Shown here piece after piece: positions 24,885-38,296 of a stretch of 64,000 nt of DNA. The stretch spans positions 45,322,001-45,386,000 of the forward strand of contig NC_043004.1 in the NCBI RefSeq assembly GCF_006345805.1, in the 5' to 3' direction. Both the position numbers and the translations under genes were made by a program. The DNA comes from Octopus sinensis (taxonomy: Eukaryota). Positions within the stretch are counted from its first letter, which is position 1. Each line of letters begins with the position of its first letter. Under the pieces are notes generated by a model. It was not told the DNA's origin, made no database searches, and saw only the letters and a list, made by a program, of their open reading frames with translations.

Positions 24885-25420
24885 TTTAATCTTTTACTTG
24901 TTTTAATCATACTGGGGCCACCACCTAGAAGGATTTAGTCAAAAATATCAACCCCCAGTACTTATTTTTTTTACAAGTCTAATCCTTATTTTTTTGGTCT
25001 CTTTTACCAAATTGCTAAGTTAGGGAGATGTAAATAAACCAACACTGATTGTCAAGCAGATGTAGGGACTCAAATACCTCACAAACCCAAAGTTACACAC
25101 ATACACATAGGCATTATAGATTTCTTTTATTTTCTGTACACCAAATCCACTCACTATGTTTTGCTTGGCCTGGTGCTGTAGTAGATTACACTTGGCCTGG
25201 TGCTGTAGTAGATTACACTCGTTCAGTGTGTCATGTTGTGGCACTGAAACAACTGTAAGCCTATAATAAATAAAAAGATAAATAAATTTACATAGCTCAT
25301 TATTTCTATCTATTATACACACACACACACATGCCCACAATGGCTTCTTTGAGTTTCTGCCTTCCAAATTTACTCACAAGCTAGAGTGAAAATCACTTGC
25401 CCAAGGTACCTCACAGATCA
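24885..25420 (-). mobile_element. Old family A SINE with internal 27-bp tandem duplication
   Basis: Diverged A sequence. cttggcctggtgctgtagtagattaca is present at 25164-25190 and again at 25191-25217. Confidence 0.7.
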
Positions 25421-25969
25421 TGCAGGTTGATCATAGCTGGAATACTTCTTGATCATAAATCTGTTGAGTTGGGGGTGATATCAGGCTAAACAACAACCAC
25501 CACAACTTCCTGTAACACTATCGCAACTACAAACTCTTTTACTACTCTTAAACCTGCTATACAGCTGTTGATCATACTAGAAATACCAGCCAGATCTCTT
25601 TTAGTTTGCTCTTTATCATGTTAAAGGATTACTTTAACCATGCATGTTGGCCTATGGCTCTGAATTATAGCAACCACTTCTAGTGCTATTACAGCTATCA
25701 TCAACAACACTGTCAATATAAACCAATGAATGAGTTTTCATTTGGTTTCTCAACTTACTAGAAATAGTAGCAGATTTCCCACTGATCACAAAAAAAAAAT
25801 ACAATATAGTGTTGGAGACACAAATGGAATGATCATGGTCAGAATGTCTTTGGTAATCGGTCAAAGTTAACATGGATTTCTGAGAGAGGAAATAATGTCA
25901 ATTTAATAGGTCTTTGTACATGTTCTCAGACGGACATCTTCATCCCCTTCCGTATAAACAGTGATGTAG

Positions 25970-26300
25970 GATTTGATTCTTTTTTTATTGTTTGTACTTG
26001 ATGGTGGAAGAGGCAGAATCCATAGCCTTTCCAAGCTTTTCCAGACCGGCAAGATCGATGCCATTGATATTCCTCTTGAAGCTTTGTAAGTCAGCATTGC
26101 AGGTAAAGATATGATCGTGTGAGAATTCCAGTAGGATGATATCTGGGAAGGAATGACTGGGAAGAGTTATGAATTAAGGCTGATTGGACACAACAAGAGT
26201 GATGAGAAGAGGAGAGATAAGTGGGATGTGAATGATTGAGAGGAGATTATATTAGTCAACCTGCTCTGTGGAGCAGAGGCCATTATGCCACTTGGGAAGT
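25970..26300 (-). mobile_element. Degraded CR1/Jockey-type LINE ORF2 C-terminus
   Basis: Frameshifted minus translation gives KWHNGLCSTE / SSHHSCCV / SFLPR / SYWNS / DLQSFKRNINGIDL...* (stop 25985-25987). This follows the YxGxCSxEL...SFxPRTxxxWNSLP...LQxFKxxxN pattern of these clades. Confidence 0.65.
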
Positions 26301-27324
26301 TTGTGGACAAAATTAAATTTGGTGGGGCAATTAGTTCATCTTACATTTACTGCAAGTACACATCCCTCTCACTATGACAATACTAGTGAACAAGGGAATT
26401 TCTATTTAGTGGATGTTGCTGGTTTTTAACCCAAGGTCAGTCTTCATTCAGGTGACCAATAATTTGACTCTTCCGTTTGGGACCATTGCTTCAAACACAT
26501 AATTTATTTACAACTGTATTGTTATTTTATTCATATATTTGTTCTAGTCTTTGGACTGTGGCCTTGCTACAGTGCCTTTAAGTGTTTATGCCTTAGTTAT
26601 TTTTTCCAAGTGGTGAAAGACACACACACACAGTAAGATTCCATTCAATTTCTATCTACCAAATCCAGTCACAAGTAATTAATTGACTTAAGGCTGTTGT
26701 ACAAGACGTCTGCACAAGGTGCTACTCAATGGAATGGAACCCAAAGCAATATGAATTCTAAGTGAGCCGCTGAACCACACAGCCATATCTGTATCTATGA
26801 TCCAACTGTTTTATTTTATTATATTTTTATTTTTTTGTCCTTTTTTAGTTAGAGACACCACTCAGCTTGCTCAGTTTGAATACTGAATTCCTTACTGTTT
26901 TTAAATGGAGACCATATGTTTTAAGCCTTACATCTAAGGACCAAATGTGTTTTAATAATGTCTGCACAGTCCTGGCTAGCCCCTGCTAATGACATGAAGC
27001 AGTAGACATCATATATCTGTAACAAGTGTGCAAGTGCTGTTGTCACTCTTTAAGGATTTCATTGGCTACATCTGGGTTATACATATATTCTCATTTGGTA
27101 TGATGATGGGAGGGATGTAGCGCTGTAGGAATTGTTTGAACAACCACAACAGTAGCAAAACTTTTATCCACCATCCCAGTCAAGTTCCCTGCCTCACAAC
27201 AGCCCTCCATCCTCGGTCATTACTGAGGCTGCTAGATTCAATGATCTGTTTTTAGAAACAACATGAGAATATAGCTCCACTATGATAATGCATTGCAGAA
27301 GTGCTTACTACTACTACCACCACC

Positions 27325-27356
<32 letters not shown>

Positions 27357-29186
27357 CACCACTACTACCACTACTACTACTACTACTAGTCCTTTGGTAG
27401 CAGCTGCAGTGGTGGTAGGGTGTGGTTATATCAGTGGTGTTTAGGTTGTTTTACATTGGTGTTTCTTAGGTCTGCAAATTTTAATGAGTTGACACTTTGT
27501 AGGGTGTATATACCCATGCATGCAGATTCTCACGTCCAAATATATATAAGTATTTACCCATACTGATACTGTGTGTGTGTGTGTGTATTTTAGACAGTTC
27601 CTCTCTCTTATATATATGTGTGTGTTGGTTTATGTTGGCTGAATGGGATTGCAATGACGTGAAACACAAGTCACAAATAAACTCTCAGTTTCAGTAAAAC
27701 ACTTATATATATGTGTGTGTGTAGAGAGAATGGAACTATAAATAGACTAGAAATAGTAATTGTTTCTAGCATAGGCAGAAGGCTAGGAATTTTGTACTTT
27801 ATTTATGATTAATACTTTATTTTATCAACCCCAGAGAGATGAAATGAAAAATTTTTCTTGGCAGAATCTGAGCTCACGGATGTAAGGAGATGACGCTAAA
27901 CATTGTTTACAAATTTTGGCACAAGGCCAGCAATTTCGGGGGAGGAATTAAATCGATTACATTGACCCCAGTACTCGACTGATACTTATTTTATCAACCC
28001 TGAAAGGATGAAAGGTAAAGTTGACCTCTGCGAAATTTGAACTCAGAACCTGAAGACAGACAAAATGTCACTAAGCATTCTGCCTGGTATGCTAACAATT
28101 CTGCCCTCTTGCTTCCTTGATGGCACTAAATAGTGCAAGTGATTTATGTCCTCCATGCTATGGATTCTGCAATTCCACTGTAATATCATTCATAAGGGGT
28201 TCATTTGGACTATATAGATACATGAAAATATATTACTGTTTTTATTGATTTTGTATATTATAAAGAACAACTGACTGTAGATGAGTGTGAACTCAGCATG
28301 GTAAGAGTAAGCAAGTAACTATCTATTGTACTGGAAATAGCAAAGGAAAACCAGGAAATAGCAATGGAAAACTACAGTGGCGGATCTACATCATTTACTG
28401 AAGTTCCTGAATTTCAATAAGATTTGTTATGCTATGGGGTGAGATGCTACTACTGACACGCTTGAGCAATGTTCTACTTCAAACATAATATACATATACA
28501 TACTTATATAATAATGTAATATTTCCTCATCACAAGATATGTTTTTGTGGAACCTTAGAAATGCTTGGAGGACAATGGCACTCATTCCCAACTGTCATGC
28601 AATGTGAAGACAAGGAGACACATACATGCACTCTCATACATATATGCACATATACATATTTATTTATATACTACTGGCTCCTTTCATTTTTCACCTACCA
28701 AATCCACTTACATGGCTTTGGTCAACCCAGAGCTATAGTAGAAGACATGCTGTGTCACTGAACCTGAAGCCGTGTGATTCACAACTAAACTTCTTAACCA
28801 CACAGTCATGTATAATCTTGATTTACAAACAGAAAATCCTCAGTGCATCAGTAGAGTTTACAGAGGTTGTAAATTTATTTAGTACAGTGAATTAGTTGAC
28901 ATTAAGATGCCTGTTTGCATTTTGATGTAGTGGAGCAGACAAGCAAGAGTCATATGTCATGGCCCATGATACTTCATACATCCAACTACATAACCATATC
29001 CCTCTGTTAGATAATGTGTCATATGTCCTATGACAATATGTTGTCATATTACTGTTTCACTTATCTTTTTATCAGAAAGGTTTCTTTAGGATAGATAACT
29101 CTGAATCTGATTTTTTTTCTTACAGAAGGACTGTAGTGTCGTATATCAGGAGCTTTCAAAGCCATGAGTAAAGGTACTGAATTTAA

Positions 29187-29407
29187 CCCTTTAGCATTTA
29201 AACCGGCCATATCCGGCCAAAAGTATTCTGCCTGTTTTATGTTCAAACTGGCCAGATCTGGTCTCTCACACCAACCCTACAATATTGTTTTAAAAATTAA
29301 CAGCTACCTCATCAAAATCTCATAGCTACAAGATAATGCATGATTAGTTCAAAACAATGTGGATGAAGAAGCATTAATTTTGGCAGAATAATATGAACAC
29401 TAAAGGG
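29187..29407. mobile_element. piggyBac-type MITE (family P2), intact
   Basis: TTAA (29183-29186) ccctttag ... ctaaaggg TTAA (29408-29411). The internal sequence is unrelated to P1. Confidence 0.85.
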
Positions 29408-30018
29408 TTAAAGCAGGAAAAAGAATAGAGTTATATGTAGAAATAATTCATTTTAAAAATGAACTGGCAGATGTTGTAAATAGAAAATGTTAAGAATATA
29501 AAAATATGAAAGATATGACTAATATCACCTGGGAAGTTGCAAATATGTCGTCGCTAGTGGTGGTGGTGATGATGTCAATGGCAACATTGCCTCTGTAATG
29601 TGTTCTGTAGTGGCAGGTGGTTGAAGACTTTCAATCAAACTTCTCGTCCCCACCACCCTCTCTCTCTCCGTCCCTTTCTCATTATATATCATAGCTCTTG
29701 TCCAAATTTTTAAACTCTACCACAGTTTTGTTTGTCTTCTAACTCAAATGCAATCTCAAAAATACTACCACCACCACTACTATTGTTGCTACTAATTATT
29801 ATTATTATTGTTAAGGCGGCAAGCTGGCAGAATGGTTAGGCAGGCCACTTTATAACATTTTGTTTGTCTTTGTGTTCTGAGTTCAAATTCTACCGAGGTT
29901 GACTTTGCCTTTCATCCTCTTGGAGCTGATAAAATAGGCACCAAGTCGAGTATTCAGTCAATGTAATCAACTTATACCCTTGCCCAAAATTGCTATCCTG
30001 CTGCCAAAATTCGAATTC

Positions 30019-30051
<33 letters not shown>

Positions 30052-30874
30052 AAGTTTGGCACAAGGCCAATAATTTTGAGAGGAAGGGTTAGTTGATACC
30101 ATTCATTAAGACCAGTACTTAACTGCTACTTTATTTTATCAACCCTATTGGCATGAAAGGCAGATTTGACCCAATAACAACATCAGTAACAATGATGCTG
30201 TTATTGTTGTTGTTATTTCTTTATTTGCCACAAAGGGATTCCAAAAAAAAATGGGGCTGATACAAAGACAAGATACAACTGAGGTGGATGTTTACATTTG
30301 TATATAGCATGTAAAAATGAGAAATAATAATAATAATAATAATAATGATAATATCTAACAATAACAATTAGGGATGGGGCTAGGATGAATAAAGCAGCTG
30401 GGTTGAAATGAACTACTGCTGAGACTAAGAATTCTTCAAGCTTGAAACATCACTGCTTCAGATGTGTTTCACTCAAAAATATATATGTATAAGAATAAAT
30501 AAACAAATGCAATTTTCAGTGCCCCACCCTCAGCATAATCCCCACACCATCCTCCCTCTTAAATCTCATAAAATGGATCACCCACATACCACTCATGAAC
30601 AACAGAAATGCCCTCCCCTTACTCTGCTGTCTCTTAGGTCTTTCTAGTTTAGTCAGTCAGCCTACCACCTTCAAACAATGTTTATTTTTTTTATTGCTGT
30701 CATTTGTTCCAGCTCTTTACATTCTAAGTTCAAATCCCACTGAGATCAGTTTTATCTTTCATCCTTCTGGAGTTGATAAAATAAAGTACCTGTCAAATAC
30801 TGGGAGTGATTTAATCAACTACCTTAATCCCTCATAAATGTTTGGCTGAAACCTATGTTAGAAGCATGATTATT

Positions 30875-31200
30875 ATTATTGAGTGAGAGAACAATGCATG
30901 CCTTCAAAGTAACACTGGGGTAAAATATATGAAACCCGTTATACCCATCTTGACTACCCATCTGATAAGAGTTCATCAGGCTCATGCATTACAACCATGT
31001 GTGCGATATGGTGATTTTATATCAAGACAATGCGTGACTTTGCAGGTGGGGCCCAATTAGAATTTTCTTCAAGTCGAGTAGCCCCTACCACTAAAAAAAA
31101 ATACCTGAATAAAGGTTAAGGATGTTGAACAAAACACACATCTTCCCAAAGGTCAATTATTCAAATCCCAAAGAATTCCTCTCAACACATGGCCACAATT
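30875..31200 (-). mobile_element. Probable retroposon 3' fragment with (AAT)n tail
   Basis: Minus strand ends gcatgcattgttctctcactcaataataataat. Single copy here; recognised only from memory as a repeat. Confidence 0.4.
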
Positions 31201-31621
31201 CAATCTTTAGCAGATCAGGATGAGTGCATACTGTGTGATTCCAGCAGCACTTTGTCCAACTCTTCAGAGAAAGCAATAGGCTGCAGAGAATTAGGGATTT
31301 TGGTATATACCTTGATGGCCTGCTGCAACTCTTTAAAGAAAAGGCTGGGCACTGTGAAAATGCAATAGCAGCAATTGAAATGCAAGTTCTGAGTGGTTGC
31401 ACAAGGAACTAATTGCTTGATTTGGATGGTCAGCCCTATGCGTTTTATAGTCATATGCCAGAGCTGTTTGGTGACCTCTTGGCAAACGTCTATCACAACA
31501 GAGAGCAGAACACGAGGATTCCTAGGTCTGTGAGCTGAGGTGTTTTAACTCTGCTGAAAAACGATACCAATGTAGGGAATATTACAGATAATTTCTGGTT
31601 GTAATCCTGCTAAAAGCAGAG

Positions 31622-31876
31622 TTTAACGATGCAAGGCAGGTGGTGTACCTTTATCTAGTTGCTCTGGAGCTACAGGCTATGTGGTGGACAAGGCTGATAG
31701 GATTGAGGAAAGGCACCTTCCACTTTGGTCAAGCTCTCATCACCTTTTTTAAGTTCTACTTCAAAAGGAAAGTGAGGGTTGGCAAAGAAAGTGCTACCTC
31801 CCAGTGAATTTGTGAAAAAATGTGTGACTGTGACAAAAATAGAGTGAATAGCCCTATTCTAAATATGCACCTGTAG
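31622..31876 (+). mobile_element. L1/Tx1-type LINE ORF2 C-terminal relic (may extend about 31210-32050)
   Basis: Translation FNDARQVVYLYLVALELQAMWWTRLIGLRKGTFHFGQALITFFKFYFKRKVRVGKE, then frameshifted VLPPSEFVKKCV...ILNMHL*. It resembles the WxxR...FFKxxLKRKVRVER...FxxRW end of Tx1-like ORF2 as I recall it. Confidence 0.55.
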
Positions 31877-33920
31877 ATTAGAGAGCAGGAGAGAGGGCTG
31901 ATACCTTTGGTGGTCATGGTAATCCTGGATCTGTGGGGTTCCTTAATTGACCCTAGTTGGAGGGCTGCATCATTCCTATTATCACATACTTTGCCTACTA
32001 TGTATAATTTCATTGTCTGTTACATTTCTTTCTCCATATCCTTTATGCAAATTATATGGGGGTCAATGAAAATAGTACTAGTCAGGCATGGGGGTTGATG
32101 TAATTGACTAGTTCCCTCTTTAAAATTTCGGGCCTAATGCATGTGGTAGAAAGAATTATTATTAAGGTAACAAGCCGAGAAAATCATTAGAGTATCAGGC
32201 AAAACTTTTAGTTACATTTTTTCCAGCTCTTTATATTCTAAGTTCAAATTCAGCCAAGTTCAACTTCACTTTCTATTTTCATCCTTTTGGAGTCAGTGAA
32301 ATAAGTACTAATAGGGTGCTGGAGCCACTGTAATCAAATAATATTTTCCCACTGAAAAAAAAAATTGCTCGCTTGTGCCAAAATTTGAAACAATTGTTGT
32401 TCTTGGTCTTCCCATTTAGTGGGGTGTTATTTACTTATTTATTTATATTTTCTCATTTTTCTGTTTCATGCCTCTTTCACAACCAAAATAATATGTTCAT
32501 TCTTTTGTTTGCATCTCAGAATTTTTTTCTGTTTTTCCTTGAGTGTGTGTGAGAGAGAGAAAGAGTTTTGCTTGCAAAAAAATTCCAACCATGTTTAGAT
32601 AGCCCAGTGGGAGAATTGAAAATCAAAGATTTCCACAAGTTTAGCTGTCCTTTTTGTTTCCTGTTGTTCTTTTTTTTTTTTTTGGTGGGGTGTCTTTTTT
32701 TTTTAATATTGTTGTTTCTTTTCTCGTGTATATTGTATGATGACTACTGTTTAGAAATTGTTTAAATAGGCTTGACAAATTGAAAAAGGATATTACAATT
32801 GTCTTACATATATATATGTGAAGACAATAACATGACAGCTGCAAAAGAGAAAGAACAATACTTTCAAAAAAGAAAAAGCTGAATTAGGGCACATTGACCA
32901 TAAAAGTTATTTATGTAATAACATGAATACACGAGTTATGTAACAATAGTAATAGTTTCAGATTTTACCACAAGGCCTGTAATTTTATGGAGAGGTGGTT
33001 AGTCAATTATTTTGGTCCTAAAACTTGATTGGTACTTATTTTATCAATCCAAAAGGATGAATGCTAAGTCAGTTTCATTGGGTTTTGTACTGAGTAGAAA
33101 AATTCCACTGAGTGAATAGCTCTACATTGAATAAGTATCTGTTGAGCACTGAGGTCAACATAATCAACTTACACCCTCCCCCAAAACTGCTGGCCTCATG
33201 CAAAAGTTTGAGACCATTATTATTAGCATCATTATTATCATTATTAAAGCAGTGAGCTCGTAGAATCATTAGTGACAATTCATCTGTCTTCACATTCTAA
33301 GTTCAAATTCTGTTGAGGTCAATTTTGCCTTTCATCCTTACATTGATGAAATAAGTACCAGTTGAGCACGGTTCAATATGACTTAATCCCTACCCCAACT
33401 GGTAATGATTCTGCCATCTGTCCCCCTTAATAATAATGATTTTGGCTCAAGACCAGCATGATTTCAAGGAATTCCATCTACACCAGTATTTGACTGGTGC
33501 TGCATTTTATTTACTCCAGAGGTATGAAAGGCAATGTAACCACAGCATGATTTGAAACCAGAATGCATAGAGCTCTAAGAAATACTTGCAGGTATTTTCT
33601 CTTGTGCATTAACTATTCTGCCAGCTTACTACCTCACTGATGGCAATGTTATTGATAATATCAGAAGCATTAAAAAGCTATTTATATCTAATTCTGTAAA
33701 TATTTTTTAAACGTGTAGCAAAGGATAAGAAAAAGCTAAAAATGAAATAAAGTAAACTCTGATAGAACATTAAGATAGAAAATGAGATTCTACTTATATT
33801 TATAACGTATAATTAATTTATTTATAATTAATATAAATTAATACTGTTTTCTTTATAATTTGATTCTTGGAATGATCTGATTCATAATTAATTTTTTTGT
33901 TCAATGCCATACTTTATTAA

Positions 33921-34142
33921 CCTTTTTGATACCAACCCACCATAGACCTCCTCTGTTCAATGATATATACTTCCTGTTTTAGAGTGATCTAAATTAAAAT
34001 CTTTCATTAAAATGCTGTTTTAATGTATGTTTTAATGCTGTTTTAATGACCGACCAAGTTATTTTGGTAATTATTTTTATTATTTTCAATACTAAATGGA
34101 ACAAATGCAGTGCATTTCAATAGAAATATGCTTATTAAAGGG
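33921..34142. mobile_element. piggyBac-type MITE (P1)
   Basis: TTAA (33917-33920) cctttttgatacc ... aaaggg TTAA (34143-34146). It shares internal blocks (aattaaaatctt, aagttatttt) with 5907-6126. Confidence 0.8.
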
Positions 34143-34428
34143 TTAATGAAGGAGTTAGGTCCCACATATGCTGCTCAACTAATGATGTGCACGGGAGATA
34201 GAAAACTTTTTTCTAAAACCTAACTCCTGCTATCTTCTGGTGCCAATGTAATGATCTGCAATATTTAAGAACATTAATTCCATGACTAGGTCTTCATATA
34301 TATCTCAATAGATAAGGCTGTGATATCATTGTATGTAGGACATTTAGCCCCCAATGTCATCCATTCTAAGGGACCTCTAGCTGTCTGGGTTGACTGATTA
34401 ATTACATAGCTATAATTGCTAGGAAGCA

Positions 34429-35065
34429 ATACTGAGGATCCAGTCAAGAGTTGTTCCAACCATTATCCTTCTTTTTTCTACCTTCACCCACACACACCTT
34501 GAATACTGTTATCTGCTATGGTCTCCCCACACAAACCAAAATATTAAAAAGCTTGAAGCACTCTAGAGATCAATTACAAAAAAAATTGATGGCATGTCTG
34601 GTCTTAATTACTGGGATTAACTCACGAATCTCAAACTGTATTTTCTCCAGCACCACCGAGGGCACTTTATTATTTGTAGGATGTGGAAATTGTTCCAACA
34701 GTATTGCCCAAATGATATCGGTATCACTGTTAGATTCCACTCAAGGCTTGATCCCCATGCCATGTGTCCTCTACAGAAACTGTGCTTTCAGCACATCACA
34801 ACACTGAGACAGAACTACTTCTTCTCAACTAGACCTGTTCTTTTTAACCTCATTCCAAAACATATAAAGGAGGAAAAAGATTTCATAACATTCAAAAAGT
34901 TTCTGGATGAGTATCTCCAACAAATTCCAGATAAACCACCTACACGAATGGGCAATGGTGCTTAAAAATAACTATACATAAATACATTACAAAATGTCTT
35001 TTCCAAGTGGTGCTACTAAGTTAGCTTTGGCCTGGGCCAATGTGGCCAAAACCTAAGTAAGTATG
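34429..35065 (+). mobile_element. CR1/L2-type LINE 3' relic
   Basis: One frame reads ILRIQSR...HLEYCYLLWSPHTNQNIKKLEAL*RSITKKIDGMSGLNYWD*LTNLKLY...PVLFNLIPKHIKEEKDFITFKKFLDEYLQQIPDKPP, with two in-frame stops. LEYC..WSP and PxLFNxLP...FKxxLD are canonical post-RT motifs. The 3' end is ggccaaaacctaagtaagta. Confidence 0.85.
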
Positions 35066-35094
35066 TATGTATATATTTATATATATATATACAT

Positions 35095-35315
35095 ATCACC
35101 TTGATCACTTTGACCGACCAGTCCGTCAGGCGTCCATTTGACACCGCTGGTCACAGCACGCTGTCCACTCCTCTCTGGATCTCGCCTTTCTCATCCAAGT
35201 GATCCCAATCGTCCTCCTGAAATTATAACTCCACCGTCGTGGAGCCCCCCCCCCCCCGGGGGTTGTTTCCGCTCGCACGAGTATCACTCGACAACTGTGT
35301 GGGTTCACCGATTAG
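35095..35315 (-). mobile_element. RTE-clade LINE 3' end, inserted in (TA)n
   Basis: ORF 35126-35308 ...GAPRRWSYNFRRTIGITWMRKARSREEWTACCDQRCQMDA* matches the RTE C-terminal RW...W...AxxRxxW pattern. Tail (aggtgatc/aagtgatc)n; CpG-rich. Confidence 0.75.
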
Positions 35316-37233
35316 ATATATATATATATATATATAATATATATATATATATGAAAAGATCTTAGCTTTCCACATTTTTCTCTACTAACTTCACATGATA
35401 TCCTAAGTCTATCTTAAGGAAATATTCAAGCTACCAGCACCTTGAGGTGACTCTAGTTAAAGTCTTGATATGCTTGTTATGCAATGAGATAATATGTTAC
35501 TATATAGGATGGTAAATGAAATAATTATTATAGTAATGAAGATATCTAATAATATTGTGATGTCCCCATATCTATGTAGTAGTGATGTAATTATAATAAT
35601 GACAATAATGATAATAATTGATACTACTATCAATAATAATCCTTTCTACTATAGGCACAAGGCATGACATTTTGTGAGAGGGGCTAGTTGATTACAAGGA
35701 CCCCAGTGTAGCAGGACAGAGTAATATAAAACATTGAGCTTTTTATTTAGCCCTAGGTTAGTTTTAAGCACTCAGACACATGTTATTAGTTTGCCCAAAG
35801 ATGATAGGGTTTTGAGATTTGAAGGATTTTTAGATTCTGTTTCTATGAAGTCACATGACTATATGGAGGTCACTTTATTGGCTTGTATTTTGAACATCTA
35901 ATTACTGTTTTCTGTCCATATTGAATGCTTCCTGTAAATCTAAACAATAGTGCTTGGTAAGCTGGGATTGTCTGTGAGACTAGAAAACATGTTAAAAGAT
36001 GGACGATGGAAAGTGGTGTTGGCCCAATTCCCAGAAAATATCTAACAAGAATTTATTGGCACAAGAACATTTGTACTGTGACTCAGTGACTCCTAATGTT
36101 TAATGATATGGTATGGTCTAGTATGGTACAGTGTAACTGCAATGCTCAGTCTTATATGAGGTGATAACTTACTAATATATTGGTCATTTACTGGAATCGA
36201 TAACTGACAAAATAATAAAGTCAAACTAAATCAAGCTCAGAAGACATTTAAAATATTTCAAAAACTATTATCTGAAGACAACATGACTGATTCTTTCCTT
36301 GGAGCAGACCACAAATTTGTGACTGATTAAATCAACCCAAGTATATTACTGTTGCTTAATTTCCCCAAAGCTGATGAACCGTTTTGATAGCTAACACCCC
36401 CTGGTTTGGTATAACACCTCATGCTGATTACAATATAGCTAGCTATTTCTTTGCAATTTAGACTTCAATTTCCAGTCTACAATTGAGAATCGGTATATTT
36501 GTAATGATTTTCACGAAGTATTTTCACAAATGTGTATATTCAATGTCGTAATTGCTTTGCTAAATCTCGCTAAACACACATGCACACGCACACACACATG
36601 ATCTCATTCATGCTTTAATTTTCAACTAAAATACAGATAGTAGTATCAATGAAAAGAGGCTAGACATTGAAAAATGTTCTTTCAGGTGTTAACTAATTTG
36701 TTTTTGTTTTCATTTTGATGAATATTTAGGCTCTTTAATTAATCATATCAATTCATCGTATATTAAATCAATGTATTTTAAATTAATATCTATATATAAG
36801 TAATTAAATCTGTGCCTGTTTATTGACATCCTCTATCATTTTACATTAGACCGACCAATGGCAATATTCGAACTAGGGACCAAATAAAAAGAATTGAATC
36901 CTCCTGTGCTTCATTTAATGTGGTAACTTTAGTGTGTTAGCCACCTCTTACTAATCTTTCATGCATAATGGTTAATTGACTTAAATCAAAGACTGTTACA
37001 TATCAACAGATCAGTCTACCTTGATGTAAATAGGTACTGTGTAGAAGTGTAACCCACTGCAATAAACACCTACAAGGTTTGAATGAGCTTTGAGTTTTCC
37101 ATTAGTTTGCAGTACTGATTAGAAATTATTTTCAGCAATATGTACGATAGCCCAGTGTCATATTCAGTAAAAGATTCATCCCATGTCTAGCAGCAAAGGA
37201 AATTCAGTTTAACTAAATTTCCATCCTTATTGC

Positions 37234-37596
37234 TACTCTTTTACTCTTTCACTTGTTTCAGTCATTTGACTGTGGCCAAGGACTTATTCTTTGTAAGCCT
37301 AGTACTTATTCTATCGGTCTCTTTTGCTGAACCGCTAAGTTACGGGGACGTAAACACACCAGCATCGGTTGTCAAGCGATGTTGGTGGGACAAACACAGA
37401 CACACAAACATACACATATATATACATATATACAACGGGCTTCTTTCAGTTTCCGTCTATCAAATCCACTCACAGGGCTTTGGTCAGCCCGAGGCTATAG
37501 TAGAAGACACTTGCCCAAGGTGCCACACAGTGGGACTGAACCCGGAATCATGTGGTTGGTAAGCAAGCTACTTACCACACAGCCACTCCTATGCCT
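37234..37596 (-). mobile_element. Young family A SINE with an internal deletion of about 37 nt
   Basis: tgtggcca is joined directly to aggacttatt at 37271-37290; the rest is near-identical to other A copies. Confidence 0.92.
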
Positions 37597-37934
37597 ATGT
37601 TAATGATTTGAAATTAAATTTCTTAATTCTCATAAGTTTGGTATCTTCTAAATCTTTTAAATAGCTAATGATTGTTTACTGTTGCCTCTTCTACCAATAG
37701 ATTGTTAAAGGTATCTTCTCACACAGCTTTAAGAGTAAGAGATCAGTCAGATATCATAAATCATCATGTGCACAGTAAACTGCAAGAATCAAAACGATGG
37801 CTTACATAGTCCTTCTAAATACATTCTGGCAGAATTTGATCATGAATTTGCGAATTGCTGTTGTATTGCAATTTCTCTTTTCAGACAAATATGTGTTCAT
37901 AGCACTCTTGGTTCGTTAGTGTAAGGATGACTTT

Positions 37935-38296
37935 CATCATCATCATTGTTCGACCATGGTCGAGACAATGGAATTTACCATGCTACGCCAGACTTCACGG
38001 TCCATCATGGCATTACGGAAGTCCTGTTGCTGGATGCCTGTATCCCTGGAGATTACATCAGGGTAGGAGAGTGTGCGCCCTCTAGTATTGCGAGTAGATG
38101 GCTTCCAGAGGAGAAGAGTAGAAATTACTTCTTTTTCAGCTCTACAACAATGTCCAGCAAACTGGACTCTCCTACCTTTCACAAGAGATGACACAGGTGG
38201 TAGTTTCCCATATATTTGCATTTTGGTTGGATGGCGCTTCCACGAGAGATTTTGAGCTCTCATAAGGAGGCGAGTGTATGTGTACATCCAGTGTTT
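37935..38296 (-). mobile_element. 5'-truncated RTE/RTE-X-type LINE with TSD
   Basis: Uninterrupted frame YTRLLMRAQNLSWKRHPTK...RRVQFAGHCCR...LLLWKP...RG...MMDREVWR (ORF 37943-38287), followed by a (TGA)n tail. 7-bp TSD tgacttt at 37928-37934 and 38297-38303. Confidence 0.88.
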
